From: an uncultured candidatus Porisulfidus sp. | GTDB lineage: Bacteria; Pseudomonadota; Gammaproteobacteria; Poriferisulfidales; Poriferisulfidaceae | Direction of reading: 5' to 3' | DNA length: 64,000 bases | Assembly: GCA_965199755.1 (NCBI GenBank) | Contig: CBDASZ010000002.1 | Coordinates: forward strand, 256,001 to 320,000 | Part shown: piece after piece, positions 40,435-50,090 of the stretch | Layout of the letters: each line of letters begins with the position of its first letter | Numbering within the stretch: the stretch's first letter is position 1 | Position numbers and translations under genes: made by a program | Notes under the pieces: generated by a model | The model's input: only the letters and a program-made list of their open reading frames with translations | What the model was told of the DNA's origin: nothing | The model's database searches: none

Positions 40435-40835
40435 ATCTCGGCATTCTGCTCGTCACACATCGCGACATTGGCAAGCACATGCTCGACATCGCGTCGATTA
40501 TCTTCGCGAAGAAACTTGACAACTGTGAGGCCCACAGCATCATTGAAGACACCCCACCCGATGAGATACTCGACTCCCTGCGAAGACTACGCGACCAGAT
40601 GGATTGCAGTCAGGGAATGCTAATTCTGACGGACCTATGCGGCGCGACACCCTACAATGTAGCACGCAGACTTATGTTGGAAACACCCGGTGCCATTTTA
40701 ATTTCAGGCATTAACCTGCCGATGGTCGTCAAACTTTTTAACCTGCAACAACAAAATCGATCTCAACTCGCTGAGAGCTTGGCGTCCAATAGCCGGATGG
40801 GCATTCTGATCGAAGCGGAGGATGGAAATGATTGA
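40431..40835 (+). CDS. PTS EIIA, mannose/fructose family
   Basis: GILLVTH, LTDLCGATPYN, SGINLPM motifs. Confidence 0.9.
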   Translation: MNLGILLVTHRDIGKHMLDIASIIFAKKLDNCEAHSIIEDTPPDEILDSLRRLRDQMDCSQGMLILTDLCGATPYNVARRLMLETPGAILISGINLPMVVKLFNLQQQNRSQLAESLASNSRMGILIEAEDGND

Positions 40836-41109
40836 AAAAGATGCCATCGTTAGCAACAAGCTCGGGTTGCACGCCCGCGCCGCTGCGCAACTGGTGCAGG
40901 TCTGCAGTTCCTACTCTTCCCAGTTGGAAATTGAAAAGTCTGGCAAACGGGCCAATGCCAAAAGTATCATGAGTGTAATGATGTTGGCCGCGACCCACTG
41001 CACCCCAGTACGCTTATACGCAAGCGGGAGCGATGAAGAAGAAGCGATGAACGCCATGATGGCGTTGTTCGAAAGCGGATTTGGAGAAGGCGCTGAACCA
41101 TGCCCATGA
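40828..41109 (+). CDS. ptsH: HPr/NPr phosphocarrier
   Basis: NKLGLHARAAA, AKSIMSVM motifs. Confidence 0.93.
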   Translation: MIEKDAIVSNKLGLHARAAAQLVQVCSSYSSQLEIEKSGKRANAKSIMSVMMLAATHCTPVRLYASGSDEEEAMNAMMALFESGFGEGAEPCP

Positions 41110-42836
41110 TCATTAATGGCATTGGCGTCTCTCGGGGCGTCAGCCAGGGTCGCGCCTACATGCTGGATCGCAACCTCAAAGGAATCAAACGGCACAAAAT
41201 CACGGAAGCAGAAGTAGAACAGGAAATCGAGCGCATCCGGGTGGCGCGCGAGAAGGCCAAGGAACAATTAAAGGAAGCGCACAGTCTGGTGCCGGACGCG
41301 CTGGTCAGCGATCTCGGCAGTTTTATCGACACGCATCTGATGATGCTTGACGATGCCATGCTGACCGACCAGCCGCCAGAAATTATCCGCAACGAACTGT
41401 GCAACGCGGAATGGGCGCTGCAAGAAACAATGCAGCAAGTCATCACCGTGTTCGACAGCATGGACGATCCGTATCTGCGCACCCGCAAGGACGATGTCGA
41501 ACACGTCATCAAGAAGATTCAGGAAAACCTCGCCGAAGGCGCTGATGAGAAACTGCTGGAGCGCAACCGAGACCTGACCGGCTGCATCGTCATCGCCGAC
41601 GATCTGACGCCGGCAGACACCGTTTTCATTCAGCACCAGAATGTCGCCGGCTTCATCACCGCCGTCGGCAGCACTATGTCCCATACCGCCATTCTGGCCC
41701 GAAGCCTGCAGATTCCGGCGATTGTCGGCATCCATGACGCCAAGTACCTGCTCGACAATGGCGAAACCCTGCTGGTGGACGGCTCCGGCGGCACCATCAT
41801 GTCGGCAGCCTCGGACCTGTTGATCAATCAGTACCGCATCTACCAGCGCACCGAACAGGAACGCCACGAGCGCCTGATGGAACTTCGGGACAAGCCGGCG
41901 CTTACGCGAGACCACCAGCATATCTCACTGAAGTGCAACATCGATCTGGTGCAGGAAGTGGATGCCGTGCATGAAGTTGGCGCGGCCGGCGTCGGTCTGT
42001 ACCGCACCGAGTTTTTCTACATTAATCGGGACACCGAAGCCACCTGCGACGAACAATATGAGATCTATCGCGAAATGGTGCACGCGCTCGACGGCAAGCC
42101 GTTGACGATCCGCACGCTGGATCTCGGCGCGGACAAGGAGTTTGATCCGACCTATCGCGGTGTCGTGGCACCAAACCCGGCGCTCGGACTGCGCGCAATT
42201 CGCCGCTCATTGCAAAACACCAGCATGTTCCTCAATCAGTTGCGCGCCATCCTGCGCGCCTCCGCGCACGGCCCGGTGAAGATCATGCTGCCCATGCTGA
42301 CCAACGCCTTCGAGTTGACGGAAAGTCTGAAACTGCTGGAAAAATGCAAACAGGGCATGGAAGACGACAATGTCGCCTACGACTCCGAAGTGCAAATCGG
42401 CGCGATGATCGAAGTCCCGGCCGCGGCGCTGTCCGCCGCGACCTTCGCACGCCGACTCGACTTCCTCTCGATTGGCACCAACGACCTGATCCAGTACACG
42501 CTGGCCATCGACCGCGTGGACGACCAGGTGCATTATCTGTTCGATCCTCTGCACCCGGCGGTGCTGCAGTTGATCCATCACACCATCATGGCAGCGGTGC
42601 GCGTGCAAAAGCCGGTCGGCATGTGCGGTGAAATGGCCGGCAACCCGAAAATGACCCGGTTGCTGGTCGGTCTGGGACTGCGCGAGTTCAGCACCAACCC
42701 TTCCCTGCTGCCCGAAATCAAGCAGATCATTCGAGACATATCCTTTGGTGACGTGCGCGAGAAAGCAGAAGCCATCATGAATTCCGAACAGCCTGAACAA
42801 ATCAACGAGATGGTCCACTCCCTGAATAGCATGTAA
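41100..42836 (+). CDS. ptsI: PEP-protein phosphotransferase Enzyme I (no GAF domain)
   Basis: SHTAILARS, GLYRTEF, NPALGLR, SIGTNDLIQY, CGEMAG motifs. Confidence 0.96.
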   Translation: MPMIINGIGVSRGVSQGRAYMLDRNLKGIKRHKITEAEVEQEIERIRVAREKAKEQLKEAHSLVPDALVSDLGSFIDTHLMMLDDAMLTDQPPEIIRNELCNAEWALQETMQQVITVFDSMDDPYLRTRKDDVEHVIKKIQENLAEGADEKLLERNRDLTGCIVIADDLTPADTVFIQHQNVAGFITAVGSTMSHTAILARSLQIPAIVGIHDAKYLLDNGETLLVDGSGGTIMSAASDLLINQYRIYQRTEQERHERLMELRDKPALTRDHQHISLKCNIDLVQEVDAVHEVGAAGVGLYRTEFFYINRDTEATCDEQYEIYREMVHALDGKPLTIRTLDLGADKEFDPTYRGVVAPNPALGLRAIRRSLQNTSMFLNQLRAILRASAHGPVKIMLPMLTNAFELTESLKLLEKCKQGMEDDNVAYDSEVQIGAMIEVPAAALSAATFARRLDFLSIGTNDLIQYTLAIDRVDDQVHYLFDPLHPAVLQLIHHTIMAAVRVQKPVGMCGEMAGNPKMTRLLVGLGLREFSTNPSLLPEIKQIIRDISFGDVREKAEAIMNSEQPEQINEMVHSLNSM

Positions 42837-42866
42837 TCGCCGTGTCCGGCGCACACGGCTCCCGCC

Positions 42867-44225
42867 ATGACTACCCTGCCTCCCGTACAAGCGCCTTCCG
42901 CCCAATTCGAGGCCCTCACCGAAGCGCTCAACAGCGGTGCCATGCAGCAAGTGCGGCGGATGATGCGCGCACTGCACCCGGCGGAAATCGCACAACTACT
43001 TGAATCCTTGCCGCGCGCGCAGCGCTTTATTGTCTGGGGCATGCTGGAACGCGAGCACCACGGCGAGGTGCTGCTAGAAGTCGGCGATGACGTGCGCGCG
43101 TCGCTGCTGGACGAAATGGATGAGAATGCCATGGTGCGGGCCGCGGAAGGTCTGGCCATCGACGATCTGGTCGACCTGCTGGCCAATCTTCCTGACACCG
43201 TCAGCAGCCGGGTCCTCAACGACATGGACCAGCAGTACCGCAGCCGGCTACAAACCGTGATGAACTACGACGAGGACACCGCCGGTGGTCTGATGGACAC
43301 CGACGTCATCACGGTGCGCTCGGACGTAACGCTGGAAGTTGTGCTGCGCTATCTGCGCCGCTTGGGCGATATCCCCAGCCATACCAACGTGCTGATGGTG
43401 GTGGATCGCTTCGAGCATTATCTGGGCATCTTGCGCCTGCGCGCACTACTGCTCGGCGATCCCGACGCACTGGTCAAGGACGTAATGGAATACGCGCCGC
43501 CACCGATTGCCGCCGACATGCAGGATTCGGCTGTGGCGGCGATCTTTGAGGACCGCGATTTGATTTCCGCCGCCGTGGTCAATGAAGACAATCGCCTGCT
43601 GGGACGTATTACGGTCGATGACGTGGTTGACGTCATTCGCGACGAAGGCGTAGAAGCCCTGCACCGCCATGTTGGCCTGAGCGAGGATGAGGATCTGTTC
43701 GACTCGGTGGGCGCGGCCGCGAAACGGCGCGCCGTCTGGCTCGGTGCCAATCTGGTCACGGCCTTTATCGCCGCCGCCAGCATTGGCCTGTTTCAGGAAA
43801 CGCTTGAGCGTGTGGTGGCGCTGGCCGTGCTGATGCCGATTGTCGCCAGCATGGGCGGCATCGCCGGTAGCCAAACTCTGGTGCTGGTGGTGCGCGGCAT
43901 CGCGCTCGGTCAGGTCAGCGGACAGAATATTCGCGCGCTGCTGCTGAAGGAATTCGGCGTCATTCTGCTCAACAGCTTGTTGTGGTGCGCGCTGGTCGCG
44001 CTGGTTGCCGGCGGGTGGTTCGGTGACTGGCTGCTGGCTGGCATCATCGCGTTCGCGCTGGTCGCCAACATGGTGTTCGCGGTGGCCGTCGGCGTCATGC
44101 TGCCGCCGACTTTGCAGCGCATGCACATTGATCCGGCGCTGGCTGGAAGCGTGATTCTGACCACCTTTACTGATGTAGTGGGATTTGTGGTGTTTTTGGG
44201 TCTGGGAACGCTGCTGCTGCTCTAG
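42867..44225 (+). CDS. mgtE: Magnesium transporter MgtE
   Basis: TAGGLM, CBS pair with ITVDDV, MGGIAGSQT, DPA, TTFTD motifs. Confidence 0.96.
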   Translation: MTTLPPVQAPSAQFEALTEALNSGAMQQVRRMMRALHPAEIAQLLESLPRAQRFIVWGMLEREHHGEVLLEVGDDVRASLLDEMDENAMVRAAEGLAIDDLVDLLANLPDTVSSRVLNDMDQQYRSRLQTVMNYDEDTAGGLMDTDVITVRSDVTLEVVLRYLRRLGDIPSHTNVLMVVDRFEHYLGILRLRALLLGDPDALVKDVMEYAPPPIAADMQDSAVAAIFEDRDLISAAVVNEDNRLLGRITVDDVVDVIRDEGVEALHRHVGLSEDEDLFDSVGAAAKRRAVWLGANLVTAFIAAASIGLFQETLERVVALAVLMPIVASMGGIAGSQTLVLVVRGIALGQVSGQNIRALLLKEFGVILLNSLLWCALVALVAGGWFGDWLLAGIIAFALVANMVFAVAVGVMLPPTLQRMHIDPALAGSVILTTFTDVVGFVVFLGLGTLLLL

Positions 44226-44447
44226 CATCCCTCCCAAAAGTACTAGGCCCTTGCCTTATGCTGTAGAACATTATTTAGTTATAATTGGGATTCATGAACC
44301 CCCTGAGCGCAATGCTCATCCATATTGAAGGGGGGCAAGGCCCCGCTACACTCTTTCTAGCCTTTCTGGCGGCTTAGCCTCTGCGCTAAGCTGTGGGTTC
44401 CGCCGTCCGGCGGGATCTGTTGTTTCTTGTCCTTTGAATGCTTTCCG

Positions 44448-44870
44448 ATGCATGGTGCGGTCTGGGCGGCACTGCTTGTGCTGACAGCTTTCGCGTTTGC
44501 TGCAACACCGGCGACAGGTGCGGTGCTGGTCTCGAGCAAGGATCAAACTCGCGGTACCGATAGTAACGTCTACTTAGCGCAGAGTTTCGCAACCGATTCA
44601 GAGAGTGCCACGCTCACCAACATTCAGGTCGTTAGAGGACGTCATGTAACGACAAATACAACTTTAGCAATCGAGATCCGTAGTAACGACAGCAGCGACA
44701 GCGCGTCCCGCACTTCACTGTTCACGGCACTGGAAATGGAACTCGCCTACGGCATGGCGGCGAGCCGCTTCGGCAACGGCACACTCAACGATCTGATCAA
44801 GCCCTACCTCGGCATGACCTGTCGCGAAGATGGTAGCGGTGCGCGGATCAATCTGAATCTGCAGTGGTAG
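44448..44870 (+). pseudogene. Collapsed remnant of a large secreted/autotransporter-like surface protein
   Basis: Signal peptide, then AVLVSS.DQ..LAQSFAT..TLTNI, joined to a barrel-like end LEMELAYG..PYLG..INLNLQW with a terminal Trp. Confidence 0.5.
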
Positions 44871-45036
44871 ATGGTCTGATAAGTCGTTCTGCGATTCGGC
44901 GTATGTGCCTTTGATCTGCGCCGAACAGACAAACTCTGACCAGCACAAAACTTCACAAACCAGCCATGGTCCTCTCCGATGCTTCTCGCGCAGTCGGCGG
45001 CATCGCATAAGATAAACGCGCCACTAAAACGCGCTT

Positions 45037-46866
45037 ATGCCTACTTCCCTTTCCTTTGACGCGCTGGTGATCGGCGGCGGCCATGCCGGCGTCGAAGCCA
45101 CCCTTGCCTGCGTGCGGCGCGGCGCACGCACCGCGCTGTTGACGCACCGTGCCGAAACCATCGGCCGCATGAGTTGCAACCCGGCCATTGGCGGCATTGG
45201 CAAAAGTCATCTGGTGCGCGAAATTGACGCGCTCGGCGGCGTTATGGCCGTGGCGGCCGACCGCGCCGCCATTCATGTCCGTGTGCTCAACCGCAGCAAA
45301 GGCCCCGCCGTGCACGCGACCCGTGCGCAAACCGACCGCGAGCTGTACCGCGATGCCATTCAGGACTTCATCCGCCAGCAAGACGGGCTTACCGTGGTGG
45401 AAGCGGCAGTGGGAGACCTACTCGTGCGCGACGGCGTGGTGTGCGGGATTCGCACCGAACAGGGCGACGAGATACAGGCGCGCGCCGTGGTGCTCGCCAC
45501 TGGCACCTTTCTCGGCGGCATCATGCACGTCGGCGACGAACAAACTGCTGGCGGCCGTCTGGGCGATCCCGCCAGCGTACACCTCGCGCAGCGACTGCGT
45601 GAACTGATGCCGCGAAGCGGCAGACTAAAGACCGGGACACCGCCGCGCATTGACCGAAACAGCGTCACGTGGTCACGCACCGAAGCCCAGCCCGGCGATA
45701 GTCCGCCGCCCCGACTGTCGCGACAAAACCCCACCGAAGTGCGCGCACAACAGCTGCCGTGCCATGTCACCCGCACTACGCCGCAAACACATGACATCAT
45801 TCGCGCGCACTTGCATCTGTCCCCTCTGCACAGCGGCGCTATTGACAGCCGCGGGCCGCGCTATTGTCCGTCCATTGAAGACAAGATCGAGCGCTTCGCA
45901 GAGCGCGATTCGCATCAGATCTTCATTGAGCCGGAAGGCTTAAACAGTGACTGGATCTATCCCAATGGCATTTCCACCAGCCTACCGCGCGATGTACAGG
46001 AGCAGTTTGTGCGCACCATTCCGGGATTTGAGCGTGCGGATCTGGTGCAACACGGCTACGCCATCGAATACGACTTTTTTGACCCGTGCCAACTGGAACC
46101 CACACTGCAATGCAAGGATCTGCCGGGCTTGTATCTGGCCGGACAGATCAATGGAACCACCGGCTATGAAGAAGCGGCCGCACAGGGCCTGCTAGCCGGC
46201 ATCAATGCCGCAGCGCACGTATTGGAGCAGGAGACCTGGTGGCCTCGGCGCAATGAAGCCTACCTCGGCGTGCTGCTTGACGATCTCATCACCCGCGGCG
46301 TGGATGAACCCTACCGCATGTTCACCAGCCGCGCTGAATACCGACTGCGGCTACGCGAAGACAATGCCGATCTTCGCCTCACAGAAACCGGTCGACGCCT
46401 CCAACTGGTCGCTGACGCGCAATGGGCAGCGTTCAGCGCACGCCGCGAACAACTTGCGGAAGAGCTGGAACGACTGCAACGCACACGCATCGGCGAGCAT
46501 ACACTGGCTGAACTGCTGCGCCGACCTGATGCGCAATACGCCGACGTGGTCGGACAAATCACCGACTATCCGCAAGTTTCAGAAGAAATAGGTCGTCAGG
46601 CGCAAATTGAATTGCGCTATGACGGTTACATCCAACGTGGCGATCGTGAGATCGAAAAAATGCGCCATGACGAGAATCGCCGCCTGCCACGTGAACTGGA
46701 CTACCGCGCCATGACCGCCCTGTCGCACGAGGCGCGCGAAAAGCTCAGCCAGTGTCGCCCCGCCACTTTGGGCATGGCGGCACGCATTCCCGGCATCACG
46801 CCAGCCGCCATTGATATTCTTCGGGTCCACCTCAAGACCCGCGAGGCCCCGCGCCAAGCGTGTTGA
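45037..46866 (+). CDS. mnmG: tRNA uridine-5-carboxymethylaminomethyl modification enzyme MnmG
   Basis: GGGHAG, MSCNPAIGG, KTGTPPR, GPRYCPSIEDK, GQINGTTGYEEA motifs. Confidence 0.98.
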   Translation: MPTSLSFDALVIGGGHAGVEATLACVRRGARTALLTHRAETIGRMSCNPAIGGIGKSHLVREIDALGGVMAVAADRAAIHVRVLNRSKGPAVHATRAQTDRELYRDAIQDFIRQQDGLTVVEAAVGDLLVRDGVVCGIRTEQGDEIQARAVVLATGTFLGGIMHVGDEQTAGGRLGDPASVHLAQRLRELMPRSGRLKTGTPPRIDRNSVTWSRTEAQPGDSPPPRLSRQNPTEVRAQQLPCHVTRTTPQTHDIIRAHLHLSPLHSGAIDSRGPRYCPSIEDKIERFAERDSHQIFIEPEGLNSDWIYPNGISTSLPRDVQEQFVRTIPGFERADLVQHGYAIEYDFFDPCQLEPTLQCKDLPGLYLAGQINGTTGYEEAAAQGLLAGINAAAHVLEQETWWPRRNEAYLGVLLDDLITRGVDEPYRMFTSRAEYRLRLREDNADLRLTETGRRLQLVADAQWAAFSARREQLAEELERLQRTRIGEHTLAELLRRPDAQYADVVGQITDYPQVSEEIGRQAQIELRYDGYIQRGDREIEKMRHDENRRLPRELDYRAMTALSHEAREKLSQCRPATLGMAARIPGITPAAIDILRVHLKTREAPRQAC

Positions 46867-47537
46867 TGATGGCGCACGCACAACCGAAACGGGTTACGCA
46901 ATCGCGTCGCGCCAGTCGCGCCGCCCCTCTTCCGCGCGCCACCTTGCGCCGACAACTCGAAACCCAAATCGACGCGCAGGCCGCAGAGCAACTCGATGCA
47001 CTGGTCCAGTACGGTTTGATGCTGGCGCGCTGGAATCGCGCCTACAGCCTGATCAGTCCACACACCGTGGAGCACATCGGCACAAAGCATATCCTTGATG
47101 CCCTTCTGCTCACACACTGGCTGCCAAACTCGCCCGCCCGCATACTAGATGTCGGCACGGGAGGCGGCCTGCCCGGCCTACCGCTGGCCATCACGCATCC
47201 GCAACTGCAATTCACGCTGCTGGATCGCAGCCACAAGAAAATCCGCTTTGTGCGTCAGGTCGCACTGGAACTGGAACTGTCCAATGTCACCGTGGTCACA
47301 GAAGATCTCGCACACTATCAGGATGATCTATTTGACTGCATCATGGCGCGGGCCGTAGCGCCCGTGGCTGAACTCGCGCACGCTTGCGCGCAACTCTGCG
47401 CTGCTAACGGGCGGTTGCTGCTGCCCCAGGGACCCAAGACGGATAACCAAGCTCCTGATGGCTGGGAGGGACGTTGCGAGCGCCGAAGCGGGCGACGGGT
47501 TTGGGTGCTGCAACGCGGTGAGGCTACAGTCGCATGA
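46866..47537 (+). CDS. rsmG: 16S rRNA m7G527 methyltransferase
   Basis: WN..YSL, HILD, LDVGTGGGLPG, RA motifs. Follows mnmG. Start approximate. Confidence 0.93.
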   Translation: MMAHAQPKRVTQSRRASRAAPLPRATLRRQLETQIDAQAAEQLDALVQYGLMLARWNRAYSLISPHTVEHIGTKHILDALLLTHWLPNSPARILDVGTGGGLPGLPLAITHPQLQFTLLDRSHKKIRFVRQVALELELSNVTVVTEDLAHYQDDLFDCIMARAVAPVAELAHACAQLCAANGRLLLPQGPKTDNQAPDGWEGRCERRSGRRVWVLQRGEATVA

Positions 47538-48310
47538 CGCAAATCTTCGCCATCTGCAACCAGAAAGGCGGGGTGGGCAAAACCACCACCGCGGTCAATC
47601 TGGCCGCATCCCTAGCGGCAACGCACCAAAAAGTACTGCTGGCAGACCTTGACCCGCAGAGCAATGCCACCACCGGCTGCGGTCTGGACAAGAACGCGCT
47701 GGAGGCTAGCTCCGCTGATGTTCTGCTTGGCCAAAGCACTCTGGATGAGGCGATATGCCGGGACCGCTTCGGCTTTGATGTGCTTCCGGGAGACGCCGCG
47801 CTCACGCACGCGGAGGTGACTCTGATGTCCGAAGATCAGCGCGAGTATCGCCTGCATGAAGCCTTGCAGGGTTGCGCGTATGATTACGTGCTGTTGGATT
47901 GCCCGCCCGCTTTGAACATCCTGAGCGTGAACGGCCTGATCGCCGCGACTCAGGTCATCGTGCCGATTCAATGCGAGTTTTACGCGCTGGAAGGACTTGA
48001 CGCGCTGCTGGATACCATCTCGCGACTCGGCCAGCGCACCGACTCACAGTTGACGCTGGCGGGTATTTTGCGCACGATGTATGACCCACGCAACAATCTG
48101 ACACACGATGTATCTTCCACATTGCTGGAACATTTTGGGAATCAGGTCTATCGCACCGTGATCCCGCGCAATGTGGACCTGGCAGAAGCGCCGGGTTTTG
48201 GCAAGCCGGCGCTGCATTATCAGCGCAACAGTCCGGGCGCGACCGCCTATCTGATGCTGGCCGGCGAGATCCTGCGCCGCCACGACGACGCCGCGCAGGA
48301 GGACGCATGA
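47534..48310 (+). CDS. parA: Chromosome partitioning ATPase ParA/Soj
   Basis: NQKGGVGKTTT, DLDPQ.NAT, DCPP, QCEFYALEG, IPRNV.LAEAP motifs. Confidence 0.96.
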   Translation: MTQIFAICNQKGGVGKTTTAVNLAASLAATHQKVLLADLDPQSNATTGCGLDKNALEASSADVLLGQSTLDEAICRDRFGFDVLPGDAALTHAEVTLMSEDQREYRLHEALQGCAYDYVLLDCPPALNILSVNGLIAATQVIVPIQCEFYALEGLDALLDTISRLGQRTDSQLTLAGILRTMYDPRNNLTHDVSSTLLEHFGNQVYRTVIPRNVDLAEAPGFGKPALHYQRNSPGATAYLMLAGEILRRHDDAAQEDA

Positions 48311-49158
48311 GCCGCAGTCGACGCCTGGGCCCCGGCGTGGATGTGCTACTGAGCCGCCCGACCGATAAAAGCGCCGCTGCCGAAGACGGCGAATTGCGCA
48401 ACATCCCGCTGCGGCAACTACGCCCAAGCCCTTATCAGCCACGCACGCAATTTGATGAGGAGGCTCTGAACGCGCTGGCTGAGTCCCTGAAAAGCCGCGG
48501 CACCATTCAACCGATCGTGGTACGCCGCGTCGGCAATCAATATGAACTGGTGGCCGGAGAACGACGCCTGCGCGCCGCGCAGAAAGCGGAACTCGACAGT
48601 CTGCCGGCGATGGTGCGCGATCTGTCCGATAACGAAGCGGCGACCATCACCCTGATCGAAAATCTGCAGCGCGAAGATCTCAACCCGATTGATGAGGCGA
48701 AAGCGCTCAACCGACTGACAGAGCAGTTGCAGTGCACACATGAGGAAATCGCCGATCGGGTCGGACGCGCCCGCGCCACGGTCACGAATCTGCTGCGGCT
48801 GTTGCGGCTGCATGCGGACGTACAGAAAATGCTCGCCGACGGGAAACTGAGCATGGGCCATGCGCGTGTGCTGGTGCCGCTGACGGCCAGCAAACAGCAA
48901 ACCTTGGCGAAACAGATTGTGCGCGACGATCTGTCAGTGCGCGACGCCGAGCGACTGGCGAAGAATAAAGATCGCGACACCGGTAAGAAACCGGAAGATC
49001 CCGATATATTGCGTCTGCAACAGCGGCTGTCGGATCTGATCGGATGCCCGGTTCGGGTGCGCCCACGCAAAAATGGCGGCGGACAAATGGTGATCCGCTA
49101 CAGCACTGTGCAGTCGCTGCAGCAAGTGCTCGACAAACTGGGCTATCGGGAAGACTGA
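48307..49158 (+). CDS. parB: Chromosome partitioning protein ParB
   Basis: YQPR, QPIVVR, AGERRLRA, ENLQREDL, HTH, GHAR motifs. Confidence 0.96.
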   Translation: MSRSRRLGPGVDVLLSRPTDKSAAAEDGELRNIPLRQLRPSPYQPRTQFDEEALNALAESLKSRGTIQPIVVRRVGNQYELVAGERRLRAAQKAELDSLPAMVRDLSDNEAATITLIENLQREDLNPIDEAKALNRLTEQLQCTHEEIADRVGRARATVTNLLRLLRLHADVQKMLADGKLSMGHARVLVPLTASKQQTLAKQIVRDDLSVRDAERLAKNKDRDTGKKPEDPDILRLQQRLSDLIGCPVRVRPRKNGGGQMVIRYSTVQSLQQVLDKLGYRED

Positions 49159-50090
49159 TCAAGCGTCCCGACCAGTTCTGATACCTGCGCCATGTCGTGG
49201 CGCGCCAAATAGTCCCGAATCTCCGCATTGATACTGCGACACAACAGCGGATCGTAGAACAACCCGGTGCCCACTCCGACCGCGCTGGCACCCGCAATCA
49301 GAAACTCCAGCACGTCCGTAGCCGTCACCACGCCGCCTTGGCCGATGATCGGCACCGAGCGGCCCATCTCCTGAACTTCCTGGTAGACCTGATGCACCCG
49401 CAGCAGCGCAATCGGCTTGATGGCCGGGCCGGAAAGGCCGCCTTGAAGTGCGCCGAGCACCGGGGTGCGACTTTCGGCATCAATCGCCATCCCGGACACC
49501 GTGTTGATCACGGCCAGCGCATCCGCACCGGCTTCAATGCAGGCCCGTGCGTTCGCCCGAATGTCAGTCTGGTTCGGAGAGAGTTTGACGATCAGAGGCC
49601 GAGACGTCACCGCCCGACAAGCCGCCACCACTTCCGCGGACATCTGTGGATGGTTGCCAAATTCCATGCCGCCGGCACGCACATTGGGACAGGAGATATT
49701 GATCTCCATGCCGTCAATCGGTGAGTCATCGAAGCGGCGGGTGATTTCGACATACTCTTCAACGGTGGCACCGGAGACATTCGCGATATACCGGGTCTCG
49801 GTGAAATCCAGACTCGGCAAAATCTTCTCCACCACATGATCCACGCCGGGGTTCTGCAAACCGATTGAATTGAGCATCCCCTCCGGCGTCTCCGCCAGAC
49901 GATGCAGCGCGTTGCCCAGCCGCGGTTCCAGCGTAGTGCCCTTGAGACAGACCGCGCCGATCTCATCGAAGGAAAACTCTTCCACTCGCGTGTACTCTTC
50001 GCCAAAGCCCACGCAGCCCGACAGCAGCACCAACGGCGTGCGCATCGAGATGCCGGCAAGAGTGACTTGCAAGGCTGAGTCTTCAGCCAT
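49143..50090 (-). CDS. pyrD: Dihydroorotate dehydrogenase, family 1 catalytic subunit
   Basis: KG.T, NSIGLQNPG, EINISCPN, VKLSPN, INT, GGLSGPAIKP motifs. Start ATG 50090. Confidence 0.93.
   Translation of the reverse strand: MAEDSALQVTLAGISMRTPLVLLSGCVGFGEEYTRVEEFSFDEIGAVCLKGTTLEPRLGNALHRLAETPEGMLNSIGLQNPGVDHVVEKILPSLDFTETRYIANVSGATVEEYVEITRRFDDSPIDGMEINISCPNVRAGGMEFGNHPQMSAEVVAACRAVTSRPLIVKLSPNQTDIRANARACIEAGADALAVINTVSGMAIDAESRTPVLGALQGGLSGPAIKPIALLRVHQVYQEVQEMGRSVPIIGQGGVVTATDVLEFLIAGASAVGVGTGLFYDPLLCRSINAEIRDYLARHDMAQVSELVGTLDQSSR

Noticed and set aside
44226-45036. Possible oriC upstream of mnmG (gidA)
   Set aside because: I found no cluster of DnaA boxes (TTATCCACA-like) and no 13-mer unwinding repeats by eye.
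45037-49158. parS sites near parAB
   Set aside because: No convincing GTTTCACGTGAAAC-type palindrome was seen. A by-eye scan could miss degenerate sites.
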